This document shows, one piece after another, positions 10,473 to 19,913 of a stretch of 44,264 nt of DNA. The DNA lies in NCBI GenBank assembly GCA_900752095.1, contig CAADUD010000061.1, forward strand, positions 1 through 44,264. Reading direction: 5' to 3'. A program made the translations under genes and the position numbers. The DNA comes from Clostridia bacterium. Lineage in GTDB: Bacteria; Bacillota; Clostridia; TANB77; CAG-508. Numbering within the stretch: position 1 is the first letter of the stretch; each line of letters starts with the position of its first letter. The notes below the pieces were generated by a model. It was not told the origin of the DNA, ran no database searches, and saw nothing but the letters and a program-made list of their open reading frames with translations.

Positions 10473-10505
10473 AGTGGAACTTGGAATCCAAGTTCCACTT
10501 TTTAT
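10473..10505 (+). terminator. Rho-independent terminator after secreted orphan
   Basis: agtggaacttgg / ccaagttccact 12-bp stem, 3-nt loop, T-run. Confidence 0.85.
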
Positions 10506-10532
10506 AAAAGTCATAAAAATGTAGGAGATAGT

Positions 10533-12878
10533 ATGAATATAGAAACAAGATTAACACTAAACAATATAAAAAAAAATAAAAAGCGAACACTATTTACAAT
10601 AATATCAATAGCATTATGTACAGTATTGATATTTACTACAATATTGTTGATTTCCAGCATAAGAAATGGAATTGCAGAAAATATAGAAACAAAGGATAAT
10701 GACTATCATCTTGCAATAAGAAATTTAGATATAGAAAATTTTAATAAAATAAAAAATAAAGAATATATTGATAAAATTTATATCAAAGAAAAGAATAGTG
10801 GACAATTAAGGCAATTAGAAGAACCATATAAATTAGTAAATTCAGATGATAAAATCGATGTATATATTAAATATAAAGATATCAGAAAAACATGCGAATA
10901 TTCTACTGATATAATTCAAATAATAGACGCTTCTACAGCAGCTATTGATAACCCTGAAAAAACAAATAATATAGAATATGAATTTAATCAAAAAATTTTA
11001 ACTGTACATGGATTGATTGATGTAGGAATTATAGAAGAAAATTTTAGCAAAACTTGTGTGGCAAGAGTAAATTATACTTATATATTAGATATCATGATTC
11101 TTGTTGTATTAGTGATTTTTTCTGTAATATTCATAATAATATTGTATAATGCATTTCTAATAACAATAAATGAAAGAAAAAGAGAATATGCCATCCTAAA
11201 TAGTCTTGGTGGAACAGAAGGTCAAATTTTAAAAATGTTATTTTTAGAAGGCATTATTATGGGAGTAATTGGAATTTTATTAGGGGGATTCATTTCCATA
11301 CTTTGTGCTAATATTATATTAAACCTTTTAAATAGGATATTAATAGATACAGGCTATAATTTTAATCTAGTTCTTAGTGCGAAGTACATTGGAATATCTT
11401 GCTTTATTATAATAGTAAATATCTTTATTTCATCAATTATTCCAAGTTTAAAAGCAAGTACTTCATCTGTTATTCAAGCAATTAGAAATAATAAGGAAAT
11501 AAAATTAAAAAAGAAAGTCTCTTTACTAGAAAAAATATTGCCAATAGAAGGAAAAATCGCTATAAAAAATATAAGAAGGGTAAAAAATAGATATAGATTT
11601 ATAACTATTTTACTTGTAATATGTATGACATCTTATATTGTAGTTAGCACATATATAAATTATGAAAAGAAGACGGCTGATTTAGTTGATGAATATGATG
11701 CAGATGCGGAATTAATGGTGAATTCAACAGTAGATTATCAATCTATCATTAATGATTATGAAGTTAAAACAGGAGATAGTATAGAATATGTAGCATACAA
11801 AGAGCTTGGATTATATATTTTGGTAGAACCTGCAGAAGCGTTTATGAATGACAATCGTGTTATAGAATATGAGGACAATAAGAAAAGTATACCAATGGTA
11901 ATAACAGGTGTAGATGATAACACTTATTATAGATACATAGATAAAGTAAATGCAAATTATGGTGATATTATTATCTATAATAATATGAGATTAATAGACA
12001 TAGAAGAAAGAACATATAAATATTATACGGTATTTAATCAAGGATATGATTTAAAACTAAGTATTATAGAACAATATAATAATGAAATAGAAATGCAATC
12101 AAATGAGAATTCTAATTATAGTGATGAAGAAATATCTCATAGATATAACATCATTGATAATGAAAGTTTAAATAGAAAAATAGTTTTAACAGATGAGTTA
12201 ATAAATGGATATAAAGATATGAGAAATAAATATATGGCACCATGTTTAATAGTGAATATGGATATGTTTTATAACATAAAAGAAAATATTGATAACTATA
12301 TTTTAAAAAATGAAACTAAATCTTCAATACAATTTATTTCAAATGATCAAGATTGTTCATTTATAAAAATTAAGTGTGGAAACATAATCGAATTTTCAAA
12401 TTATATAAACAAAATGATTGAAGAAGATAGAAGTAAAGATATTGATAGAATAAGTGCTACATATTATACTTTAGAAACTCAAGAAAAAAACATTTATATT
12501 AATATAATAGAATTAATATTAAAGATTATTATATTAGCAATAGTAATAATAGGGATTACAAGTATTATTAATATTTTAAATGCAAGTTTATATGAAAGAA
12601 AACAAGAATTTATAATATTAAATAGATTAGGAGCTACTAAAGAAAATGTAAATAAAATTTTACTATATGAATGTATATACATGTTTGTGAAAGCAACAGT
12701 TATATCAATTATTTTATCGGTACCTATGATATATATGATAATAAAGCATATAGGACATATTATTTCATTTGATAATATCTTAATACCAATAAATGATATT
12801 TGTATTTTTTTAGGAATCATATTATTAGTATGTTTAGGTATAGCACTATATTCAATAAAAATGGTAGAAGATAAATAA
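10533..12878 (+). CDS. ABC transporter permease with two FtsX-like domains and large extracytoplasmic loops
   Basis: 781 aa; two FtsX-type segments (ERKREYAILNSLGGTEGQILKM...; ERKQEFIILNRLGATKENVNKI...), each followed by TM helices; RBS taggag. Confidence 0.85.
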   Translation: MNIETRLTLNNIKKNKKRTLFTIISIALCTVLIFTTILLISSIRNGIAENIETKDNDYHLAIRNLDIENFNKIKNKEYIDKIYIKEKNSGQLRQLEEPYKLVNSDDKIDVYIKYKDIRKTCEYSTDIIQIIDASTAAIDNPEKTNNIEYEFNQKILTVHGLIDVGIIEENFSKTCVARVNYTYILDIMILVVLVIFSVIFIIILYNAFLITINERKREYAILNSLGGTEGQILKMLFLEGIIMGVIGILLGGFISILCANIILNLLNRILIDTGYNFNLVLSAKYIGISCFIIIVNIFISSIIPSLKASTSSVIQAIRNNKEIKLKKKVSLLEKILPIEGKIAIKNIRRVKNRYRFITILLVICMTSYIVVSTYINYEKKTADLVDEYDADAELMVNSTVDYQSIINDYEVKTGDSIEYVAYKELGLYILVEPAEAFMNDNRVIEYEDNKKSIPMVITGVDDNTYYRYIDKVNANYGDIIIYNNMRLIDIEERTYKYYTVFNQGYDLKLSIIEQYNNEIEMQSNENSNYSDEEISHRYNIIDNESLNRKIVLTDELINGYKDMRNKYMAPCLIVNMDMFYNIKENIDNYILKNETKSSIQFISNDQDCSFIKIKCGNIIEFSNYINKMIEEDRSKDIDRISATYYTLETQEKNIYINIIELILKIIILAIVIIGITSIINILNASLYERKQEFIILNRLGATKENVNKILLYECIYMFVKATVISIILSVPMIYMIIKHIGHIISFDNILIPINDICIFLGIILLVCLGIALYSIKMVEDK

Positions 12879-12893
12879 ATGTAGGAGAAAAAA

Positions 12894-13556
12894 ATGAAAA
12901 TTTTAAAAATAGAAAATTTGAAAAAAGTTTATGGAAAAGGAGAAGCAGAGGTTATCGCAGTAAATGATGTATCGTTTGAGGTAGAAGAAGGAGAGTTTGT
13001 TGCAATAATAGGACCGTCTGGAAGTGGAAAAACAACAATATTACACATGATTGCTGGGTTAGAAAAACCAACTGCTGGAAAAATATATTTCTATGGTAAA
13101 GATATGTATGAAATGAATAAAAGAGATTTAACAATATTAAGAAGACAAAAAATAGGGATTATCTACCAATTTTATAATCTAATTTCTACATTAAACGTTG
13201 AAGAAAATATAACACTACCAATAGAACTTGATAAGAAAAAAGTAAATAGAGAAAAATTAGATAAGATAATTAAATTTTTAAATATAGATAATAGAAAAAA
13301 ACATCTACCTAATGAAATCTCTGGAGGGCAACAACAAAAAGTTGCTATAGGAAGAGCATTAATAATAGATCCAAACATTATTCTAGCAGACGAGCCTACA
13401 GGAAATCTAGATTCTAATTCAAGTGAAGAAATAATACAACTATTTAAAAAAATAAATAAGGAGTACCATCAAACAATTATAATGATTACACATAATTTAG
13501 AAATTGCAAAGCAAGCAGATAAAATTATACAAATAAAAGATGGAAAAATTATATAA
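12894..13556 (+). CDS. ABC transporter ATP-binding protein (MacB/LolD-like)
   Basis: 220 aa; Walker A GPSGSGKTT, signature ISGGQQQKVAIGRAL, Walker B IILADEPTGNLD; 15 nt after permease. Confidence 0.92.
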   Translation: MKILKIENLKKVYGKGEAEVIAVNDVSFEVEEGEFVAIIGPSGSGKTTILHMIAGLEKPTAGKIYFYGKDMYEMNKRDLTILRRQKIGIIYQFYNLISTLNVEENITLPIELDKKKVNREKLDKIIKFLNIDNRKKHLPNEISGGQQQKVAIGRALIIDPNIILADEPTGNLDSNSSEEIIQLFKKINKEYHQTIIMITHNLEIAKQADKIIQIKDGKII

Positions 13557-13636
13557 AATGACTCAATGTCAAAATATATAAATTTAAGTTTGGATAGAGA
13601 TAAAATCATACTTTATCGAAAAACAATAAAAAAATA

Positions 13637-13665
13637 TTGACAAACATAAAATAATATGCTAATAT
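13637..13665 (+). promoter_or_regulatory. Sigma-A-type promoter with extended -10, upstream of DUF4173-like gene
   Basis: TTGACA (13637-13642), 17 nt, TGcTAATAT (-10 at 13660-13665); ~115-nt leader follows. Confidence 0.55.
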
Positions 13666-13786
13666 ATTGTCTAATTTAGAAGGAACTCGCGCGAGATTCT
13701 AAAGAAATAAGTAGAAATCATTCTAAATAGAATGGTAGAAAATCTATTTAGTAAGATCTTATGTATTTAGAAAGAGGGAATTCAAA

Positions 13787-15310
13787 ATGAAACTTGTTGT
13801 AATTGGAAGTTTACTATTTAGTATTTTAGCATCTATTTTATTTTGGGGACAAGCACTGGGATTAAATGTATTTTTATTTGTATTGCCTGTTATGTGTTTT
13901 GTAATTTTTCTATTAGAAAGATATCATAAAATAAAAAATAGAAAAGGCTATTGCTTACTACTTCCTATTGTATTATTAGCTATTACTTATATGGTGTATC
14001 AAAATCAATTTTTTCAAATGATGAATTTAATCATTATCTTTTTGTTATATCATGTTATGCTAATTTGGCTTATGAATAAACAATACAAACTAGAATTTTT
14101 AGTAAGAAGAGTATTTACTTTTATTTTTAAACCATTTCAATATATTGGAAAAGCATGTAAAACTATAGGAATGTGTTTTCCAAAAAAGGAAACAAAAAGA
14201 CAATTTGGCCCAAGTTTGAAATCATTTCAGTCTATTATCTTAGGAATAGGAATTTCCATTCCTATTGTAATAGTAGTAATTATTTTATTATGTTCTGCAG
14301 ATGATACTTTTGCAGGAAATATAATAGGAATAGGAAACTATTTTATACAATGGTTAAGAAATATTTTTTTCAATAACTTTGGTTTTACTACTTTTGCTAG
14401 ACTATTGTCAATTGTAGTAGTAACAATTTATTTTATTTGCTGTATTTTAAATTTACTAAAAAGAAATCCATGGAAAATAGGAGAAGAAAAACATAAGAAA
14501 ATACAAGTAGAAAGTACTATTTTTAATACAATACTTACCATTTTAAATCTTATTTATTTTGCTTTTTGTAGTATTCAAATTCAAAAATTATGGAATATAG
14601 AATTTGCACCGAATGAGTTTAATTATGCTAATTTTGCAAGAGAAGGTTTTTTTCAACTTATGGCAGTATCCATTATTAATTTTGTAATGATCATTATTAC
14701 TACTACCAACAAAAAACAAAGTACCAAAATGCAAATTTATTATAGAAAAATAATGAATATTATTTTGGCAGTAGCTACTATTATTATTTTAATTTCAGCT
14801 TTTATAAGGATGAATTTATATGGAGAAGTTTATGGATATACTTTATTAAGAATTTTAGTATATTTTGCATTAATTACAGAAACGATTTTAATAATGCCTA
14901 CATTTGTTTTTATTTGCAACGACAAATTTTCACCGTGGAAAACTTATTTTGTTATAATTACTGTTATGTATTTAGTAATGAATTTTAGTAATATAAATCA
15001 AATAATTGCAAAACAGAATGTAGATCGCTATTTACAAAACCCAAAAAGTGAAATAGATGTTATGTACTTGATGAAAACCAATACAGATGGTATAGAAGAA
15101 TTAATAAAACTATATAAACAAATAGAAAATCCAATTTTAAAACAAAGATTAGAACGTTATTTTGTTAGTCTAAAAATACAGTTGGAACAAGAAAAAGATA
15201 ATTTATTAGAATGGAATTACTCTAGGTGGAAAGCGAGAAATCTATTACAAAATATTGAAATTCCTGAAAACTTAGAGTACAATAGTTGCAATGACATCGC
15301 GAAGCCATAA
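13787..15310 (+). CDS. Polytopic membrane protein (DUF4153/DUF4173-like)
   Basis: 507 aa, >10 hydrophobic helices; family assignment from memory only. Confidence 0.7.
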   Translation: MKLVVIGSLLFSILASILFWGQALGLNVFLFVLPVMCFVIFLLERYHKIKNRKGYCLLLPIVLLAITYMVYQNQFFQMMNLIIIFLLYHVMLIWLMNKQYKLEFLVRRVFTFIFKPFQYIGKACKTIGMCFPKKETKRQFGPSLKSFQSIILGIGISIPIVIVVIILLCSADDTFAGNIIGIGNYFIQWLRNIFFNNFGFTTFARLLSIVVVTIYFICCILNLLKRNPWKIGEEKHKKIQVESTIFNTILTILNLIYFAFCSIQIQKLWNIEFAPNEFNYANFAREGFFQLMAVSIINFVMIIITTTNKKQSTKMQIYYRKIMNIILAVATIIILISAFIRMNLYGEVYGYTLLRILVYFALITETILIMPTFVFICNDKFSPWKTYFVIITVMYLVMNFSNINQIIAKQNVDRYLQNPKSEIDVMYLMKTNTDGIEELIKLYKQIENPILKQRLERYFVSLKIQLEQEKDNLLEWNYSRWKARNLLQNIEIPENLEYNSCNDIAKP

Positions 15311-15396
15311 TTTAATAGAATATGAAACAATACGATTCGTTATCTAATCGAATATAAATTCTATTAAAATTATAAAATGTAAGAATAGGAGTAAAA

Positions 15397-15852
15397 ATGA
15401 AAATAACAGGGAAGAAAAGTCTAAGTTCATTGATTGAAATTTGTTTAAAAATTATAATGATAATAGGAATTATAATTGTGTTAGGATTGCCATTTTTTTT
15501 ACAAAAATATGCAGAATGGATGCATCCACAAATAGAATATTATCCATCTTTAGCTATTTTATATGCATCAGGGATTCCAGCATTGATTATTGTATATCGC
15601 TTTATTAAAATTTTCCATACTTTAAAAGAGGATAATCCATTTAATATGGAAAATGTGAAAAATTTAAAAGTAATTTCTAATTGTTCTTTGCTTATTATGT
15701 TAGAATATATGGTGGGAATATTTTTTATTACATCTGTTTTTGCTATTGTCATTATTGGTGTTTTTGCGGTAGTTTGGCTTGGATGCTATATTTTAGCAGA
15801 ACTTTTAAAAAAAGCAATTGACTATAAAGAAGAAAATGAATTAACAATATAA
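15397..15852 (+). CDS. DUF2975 family membrane protein
   Basis: 151 aa, 4 TM helices, DNPFNMENVKNLK motif, ends KEENELTI as typical for DUF2975; immediately followed by YozG-like HTH gene (canonical pairing). Confidence 0.8.
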   Translation: MKITGKKSLSSLIEICLKIIMIIGIIIVLGLPFFLQKYAEWMHPQIEYYPSLAILYASGIPALIIVYRFIKIFHTLKEDNPFNMENVKNLKVISNCSLLIMLEYMVGIFFITSVFAIVIIGVFAVVWLGCYILAELLKKAIDYKEENELTI

Positions 15853-15870
15853 AAAGAAAGGATGAGGAAG

Positions 15871-16053
15871 ATGGCTATTATTGTGAATTTAGATGTTATG
15901 ATGGCTAAAAGAAAAATGTCTTCTTCAGAACTTTCTGAGAAGATAGGAATTTCCATGGCAAATTTATCAATCCTAAAAACTAATAAAGGAAAAGCTATTC
16001 GATTTTCTACTTTAGATGCTATTTGCAAAGCCCTGGACTGTCAACCGCGGTGA
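15871..16053 (+). CDS. YozG-like XRE-family HTH regulator, C-terminus apparently truncated by a 1-nt insertion
   Basis: MAIIVNLDVMMAKRKMSSSELSEKIGISMANLSILKTNKGKAIRFSTLDAICKALDCQP then R-stop. Shifting one base inside ccgcgg (16045-16050) reads GDILEYK-stop (to 16072), the usual family C-terminus. Confidence 0.8.
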   Translation: MAIIVNLDVMMAKRKMSSSELSEKIGISMANLSILKTNKGKAIRFSTLDAICKALDCQPR

Positions 16054-16077
16054 TATTCTAGAATATAAATAATGTAT

Positions 16078-16117
16078 AAAAATACTAATGAAGGGTATAC
16101 TTTCATTAGTATTTTTT
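16078..16117 (+). terminator. Rho-independent terminator
   Basis: aatactaatgaa / ttcattagtatt 12-bp stem (16081-16092 / 16102-16113) plus T-run. Confidence 0.8.
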
Positions 16118-16213
16118 GCAGTAAAAATCGCAAAATATTTATTTAATGAATGTGGCAAAAAGATAAGTCCAATTAAAAAATAAAATAATAGAGCATAAAA
16201 GGAGAGGAAGAAA

Positions 16214-17737
16214 ATGGAAGAAAATAAAAAATCATTTTGGATTGATAGTACTTTAGAAAATAGAAAAGAATTTCCAAAGTTAGATGGAGATAAAAAAGCT
16301 GATGTTTGTATTATAGGAGGAGGGCTTACAGGATTAACGACAGCCTATTATTTATCTAAAAATAATTTAAGTGTAGTCTTATTAGAAAAATCAAAGCTAT
16401 GTGAACATACTAGTGGAAATACCACAGGAAAAATTACTAGTCAACATGATTTATTCTACGACTATTTATTACAATCAGAAGGAAAAGAAAAGGCAAAACA
16501 ATATTATGAAGCTAACGAACAGGCTATTTCTAATATAGAGGAAATTACTCAAGAAGAACAAATTGATTGTGATTTTGAAAAACAAGATGCTTATGTATTT
16601 ACCCAGAAAAGTGAAGAAATTCAAAAAATAAAAAGAGAAGTAGAAGCGGTAAAAGAAATAGGGGGAAAAGCAGAATTTGTAGATAAAGTAGACTTACCTA
16701 TTGATACTAAAGGAGCTATCAAATTTCCAAACCAAGCTCAATTTCATCCTGTAAAATATGCACAAGGATTAATAAATAGTATTTTAAGAACAAATCAAGT
16801 TTCTTTTTACGAAAATACAAAAGTTGTAGATGTAAAAGAAGGAAAAGAAGGTTATGATATTTTAGTAGAAAAAGGCAAGAAAGTAAATGCAAAATATATA
16901 GTAATTGCAAGCCATTATCCTATTATTAATGCACCAGGATACTATTTCCTAAAAATGTATCAATCTTTATCCTATGTTATTGGAGTAGAAACCAAAAAAG
17001 AAGTATTTCAAGGTATGTATATTAATAGCGAAAAGCCTACTATTTCTTTTCGAACTGCAAAAAAAGGGAATAATCGACTATTACTAATTGGTGGTATGGA
17101 TCATAAAACAGGAGAAGACATAGACTTATCATCAAGTTATGAAAAACTAATTGCAATTGCCAGACAAATAGATCCACAATGTAAGGTAGTATATCGATGG
17201 TGTACAGAAGATTGTATTTCCTTAGATAAAATTCCCTATATAGGAGAATTTTCTAATCTAATGCCAAATGTTTATGTAGGAACAGGATATAAAAAATGGG
17301 GAATGACAACATCTAACATAGCTGCCAATATTATAGTGGATAAAATTTTAGGCAAAGAAAATCCATATGAAGAAGTATTTACTTCTACAAGATTAAAACC
17401 AATTAAAAACTATCAAGAAATGGGAAATATGTTAAAAGAAGTGATAGATGGGCTAGTAATAGAAAAAATAAAAATTTCAAAAGAAACCATAGCAAACTTA
17501 AAAATAGGACAAGGAAAAATAGTAGAAGTAGATGGAAAAAAAGTAGGTGTATATCAAGATGAGAATGGAAAACTATATGCAATAAAGCCTGTATGTAGCC
17601 ATTTAGGATGTGAATTAAAATGGAATAACCTAGAAAAAACCTGGGATTGTCCTTGCCACGGTTCTCGATTTTCTTATACAGGTAAATCTATTTATGATCC
17701 AAGTATTGAAGATTTGGAAACGATAGAAATAGAATAA
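16214..17737 (+). CDS. FAD-dependent oxidoreductase fused to C-terminal Rieske [2Fe-2S] domain
   Basis: 507 aa; dinucleotide-binding VCIIGGGLTGLTTAYYL near N-terminus; Rieske ligands CSHLGC ... CPCHGSRF near C-terminus. Confidence 0.88.
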   Translation: MEENKKSFWIDSTLENRKEFPKLDGDKKADVCIIGGGLTGLTTAYYLSKNNLSVVLLEKSKLCEHTSGNTTGKITSQHDLFYDYLLQSEGKEKAKQYYEANEQAISNIEEITQEEQIDCDFEKQDAYVFTQKSEEIQKIKREVEAVKEIGGKAEFVDKVDLPIDTKGAIKFPNQAQFHPVKYAQGLINSILRTNQVSFYENTKVVDVKEGKEGYDILVEKGKKVNAKYIVIASHYPIINAPGYYFLKMYQSLSYVIGVETKKEVFQGMYINSEKPTISFRTAKKGNNRLLLIGGMDHKTGEDIDLSSSYEKLIAIARQIDPQCKVVYRWCTEDCISLDKIPYIGEFSNLMPNVYVGTGYKKWGMTTSNIAANIIVDKILGKENPYEEVFTSTRLKPIKNYQEMGNMLKEVIDGLVIEKIKISKETIANLKIGQGKIVEVDGKKVGVYQDENGKLYAIKPVCSHLGCELKWNNLEKTWDCPCHGSRFSYTGKSIYDPSIEDLETIEIE

Positions 17738-17919
17738 TAGAAAGTAACATCAAATGAGAAGTTAAATGGGAATAGAAAGAAAGAGAAAAAAGTGAAATAC
17801 TAAATCTTACAAAATTAACATAATGTGATATAATTGCTATAATAGAGTTTTGCTCTAACATTATATCTTATATTGGAGGATTCTCAAATGAAAAAAGTAT
17901 TATCGAGGTCATCATCGGT

Positions 17920-18330
17920 GTGCTGGTTGTAATAGGGGTAATAATAATTACTGTGCTATATATCACATCTTTGATATCTTCCATGAGACCAACTGATTCA
18001 GAAGTAACTGCATCTCAAGTGACAGAAGCGCTTGACACAGCATATAAAGATACTGCTGTGAAGACATTAAGTGAGCTCCGGGGAAGAATTTTAGAGATAG
18101 AATATCTTTCTTCAAATGATAACATTGAAACTTCTATTTTACAAGTTGAATTAGATGATATTATTTTTTTCATTGAATCTCCTAGTACGTATTGGATAAA
18201 CAATCCGTATTTGGCAGATTTTGAGTTCATCATTCAGAATACTTCCACTGTAGGAGAATTTTACGAAGACCTTATCTCGCAAATAGATGACCAAATGCAT
18301 ACTATTGAACAAGGTGTAGAGGATGCTTAA
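17920..18330 (+). CDS. Membrane-anchored protein of unknown function (GTG start as tracked; probable true start ATG 17888 lost by an A-tract frameshift)
   Basis: 136 aa from GTG. A strong ggagga + ATG at 17888 is out of frame by one base; A7 instead of A6 at 17891-17896 would give MKKSIIEVIIGVLVVIGVIIITVLY... Promoter TTAACA-17-TATAAT upstream (~17815-17845). Confidence 0.6.
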   Translation: MLVVIGVIIITVLYITSLISSMRPTDSEVTASQVTEALDTAYKDTAVKTLSELRGRILEIEYLSSNDNIETSILQVELDDIIFFIESPSTYWINNPYLADFEFIIQNTSTVGEFYEDLISQIDDQMHTIEQGVEDA

Positions 18331-18347
18331 GGCATCCTCTATTTTAT
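18318..18347 (+). terminator. Rho-independent terminator overlapping the stop codon
   Basis: agaggatgc / gcatcctct 9-bp stem, then attttat. Confidence 0.75.
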
Positions 18348-18410
18348 CTTATTTTTGTATTGAATCCATTACCATTTTCTGTTACAATACCACTAAAGGG
18401 GAAGAAAAAC

Positions 18411-18740
18411 ATGTATTATACCTATATGTTAAGATGCTCTGATAACTCTATTTATACAGGAATGACTAATCATTTAGAAAATCGAATAAAAGAACATTTG
18501 CTCAAAACCAAAAATGGAGCTAAATATACGAAATCACATAATGCTATTCAATTAGAAGCAGTATGGAAAAGTAAAAATAAGTCATTAGCTTGTAAATTAG
18601 AATATTACCTGAAAACACTTAACAAAAAGCAAAAAGAAGAATTAATTAGTGGAGAAAAATTAGTTACTTATTTAAAGGGAAAAATAGATTGTAGAAGATA
18701 CCGACGTATAAATCTGAAAACACATGAGAAAATTTGTTAA
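18411..18740 (+). CDS. Small GIY-YIG nuclease-family protein (UPF0213/YhbQ-like)
   Basis: 109 aa from ATG 18411 (track ORF starts at TTG 18360); MYYTYMLRCSDNSIYTGMTNHLENRIKEH is the GIY...YIG core with the downstream R and E. Confidence 0.8.
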   Translation: MYYTYMLRCSDNSIYTGMTNHLENRIKEHLLKTKNGAKYTKSHNAIQLEAVWKSKNKSLACKLEYYLKTLNKKQKEELISGEKLVTYLKGKIDCRRYRRINLKTHEKIC

Positions 18741-18755
18741 AAAGGAGAAATAATT

Positions 18756-19592
18756 ATGCGTGAAATATTATTAAATGACATATTAAAAATACCAGAAAGC
18801 GAAATACAAGATTACAAAGTTAAATTTAATGTTAATAATGGTCATACAGAGCCGTTACTTGTAATGAGTATAAGTTATGATGAAATTTGTAATTGGATAG
18901 CTTGGAAAAAAGAAAAAGATGATTTACCTAGACCAAAAGTAATTGGGTTTGTAAGATACTACACAGCTAGTCAAGAGCAATGGATATTTGCTGGAGCATA
19001 TGCAGTAAATAAAAAAAGTAACTTTTATGAAATTAAAGAGGGTGTTGGTTATGAATTAACACCTATTACAGAGTATCAAAATTTATATGGCAGATTAGTT
19101 GTAGAATATAAAAATACAACCCAGCAATTAAAAAGAAATGCAGAAAATGTTTTAAATGATATAAAGGTAGTAGAATTATTAAAAAAACCATATAATGGTG
19201 TAGAATTTGAAGGATATAATAATATAAATCTAACATTTCAAGAATTAGAAGTCGTTATAAAAAATAATGTAGAAGAATGGAAAAGAAAATTAGAAAATGT
19301 AACTGGTATATATATGTTATTTGATAAAAGCACTGGAAAAAAATACATAGGTAGTGCTTATGGAGAAAGTGGTATATGGAAAAGATGGAGTGATTATATC
19401 TACTCAAATAATGGTGGAAATAAAGAGATGTTGCAATTAGATAATGATTATATAAGAGATAATTTTACGTTTACTCTTTTAGAATGGTATGCAATAGGAA
19501 CCAATTTTGATTTTATAATATCAAGAGAAAATTATTGGAAAAAAGTAATGCTATCAAGAAAAATAGATGGTTATGGATATAACGATAATTAA
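18756..19592 (+). CDS. GIY-YIG domain protein with uncharacterised ~180-aa N-terminal domain
   Basis: 278 aa; C-terminal GIYMLFDKSTGKKYIGSAYGESGIWKRWSDY (GIY-YIG); RBS aaggag; starts 15 nt after the small GIY-YIG gene. Confidence 0.8.
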   Translation: MREILLNDILKIPESEIQDYKVKFNVNNGHTEPLLVMSISYDEICNWIAWKKEKDDLPRPKVIGFVRYYTASQEQWIFAGAYAVNKKSNFYEIKEGVGYELTPITEYQNLYGRLVVEYKNTTQQLKRNAENVLNDIKVVELLKKPYNGVEFEGYNNINLTFQELEVVIKNNVEEWKRKLENVTGIYMLFDKSTGKKYIGSAYGESGIWKRWSDYIYSNNGGNKEMLQLDNDYIRDNFTFTLLEWYAIGTNFDFIISRENYWKKVMLSRKIDGYGYNDN

Positions 19593-19766
19593 TCGGAGCT
19601 TGTGACATGAAAAACAATAATGAAATCGCAATACTAAAAGAAAAAGATTTACTTATATAGGATTATTATAATTTATATTACTAGATTTTATTTTTATTAT
19701 CTTTTTTATTAATAAATATTTTGGAAAAGATATAATTGTATTGATAAAAAAGAATTTAAGAATGAA

Positions 19767-19913
19767 TCAATAGTTAGAAGTCAAATCAATAACTTCTAAC
19801 TGCAATTTTTCAGCAAACACTTGTTGAGACATTTTAGATTCTTTTCTTAATTCTCTTAATTTATTTCCTGATATATTTTTGAATTCATTGTATTTTGCTA
19901 TTTTCATTATCAT
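19767..19913 (-). pseudogene. Truncated XRE-type HTH remnant (46-48 codons)
   Basis: rc reads M(IM)KIAKYNEFKNISGNKLRELRKESKMSQQVFAEKLQLEVIDLTSNY-stop. N-terminal half of an HTH_3 domain, ends inside the recognition helix region; below the track length cutoff. Confidence 0.45.

Noticed and set aside
17888-17960. Restored N-terminus MKKSIIEVIIGVLVV resembling a type IV prepilin leader
   Set aside because: The Gly at -1 and the F/M-T-L start of the mature pilin are missing, and no pilus genes are nearby. I treat it as a plain membrane anchor.
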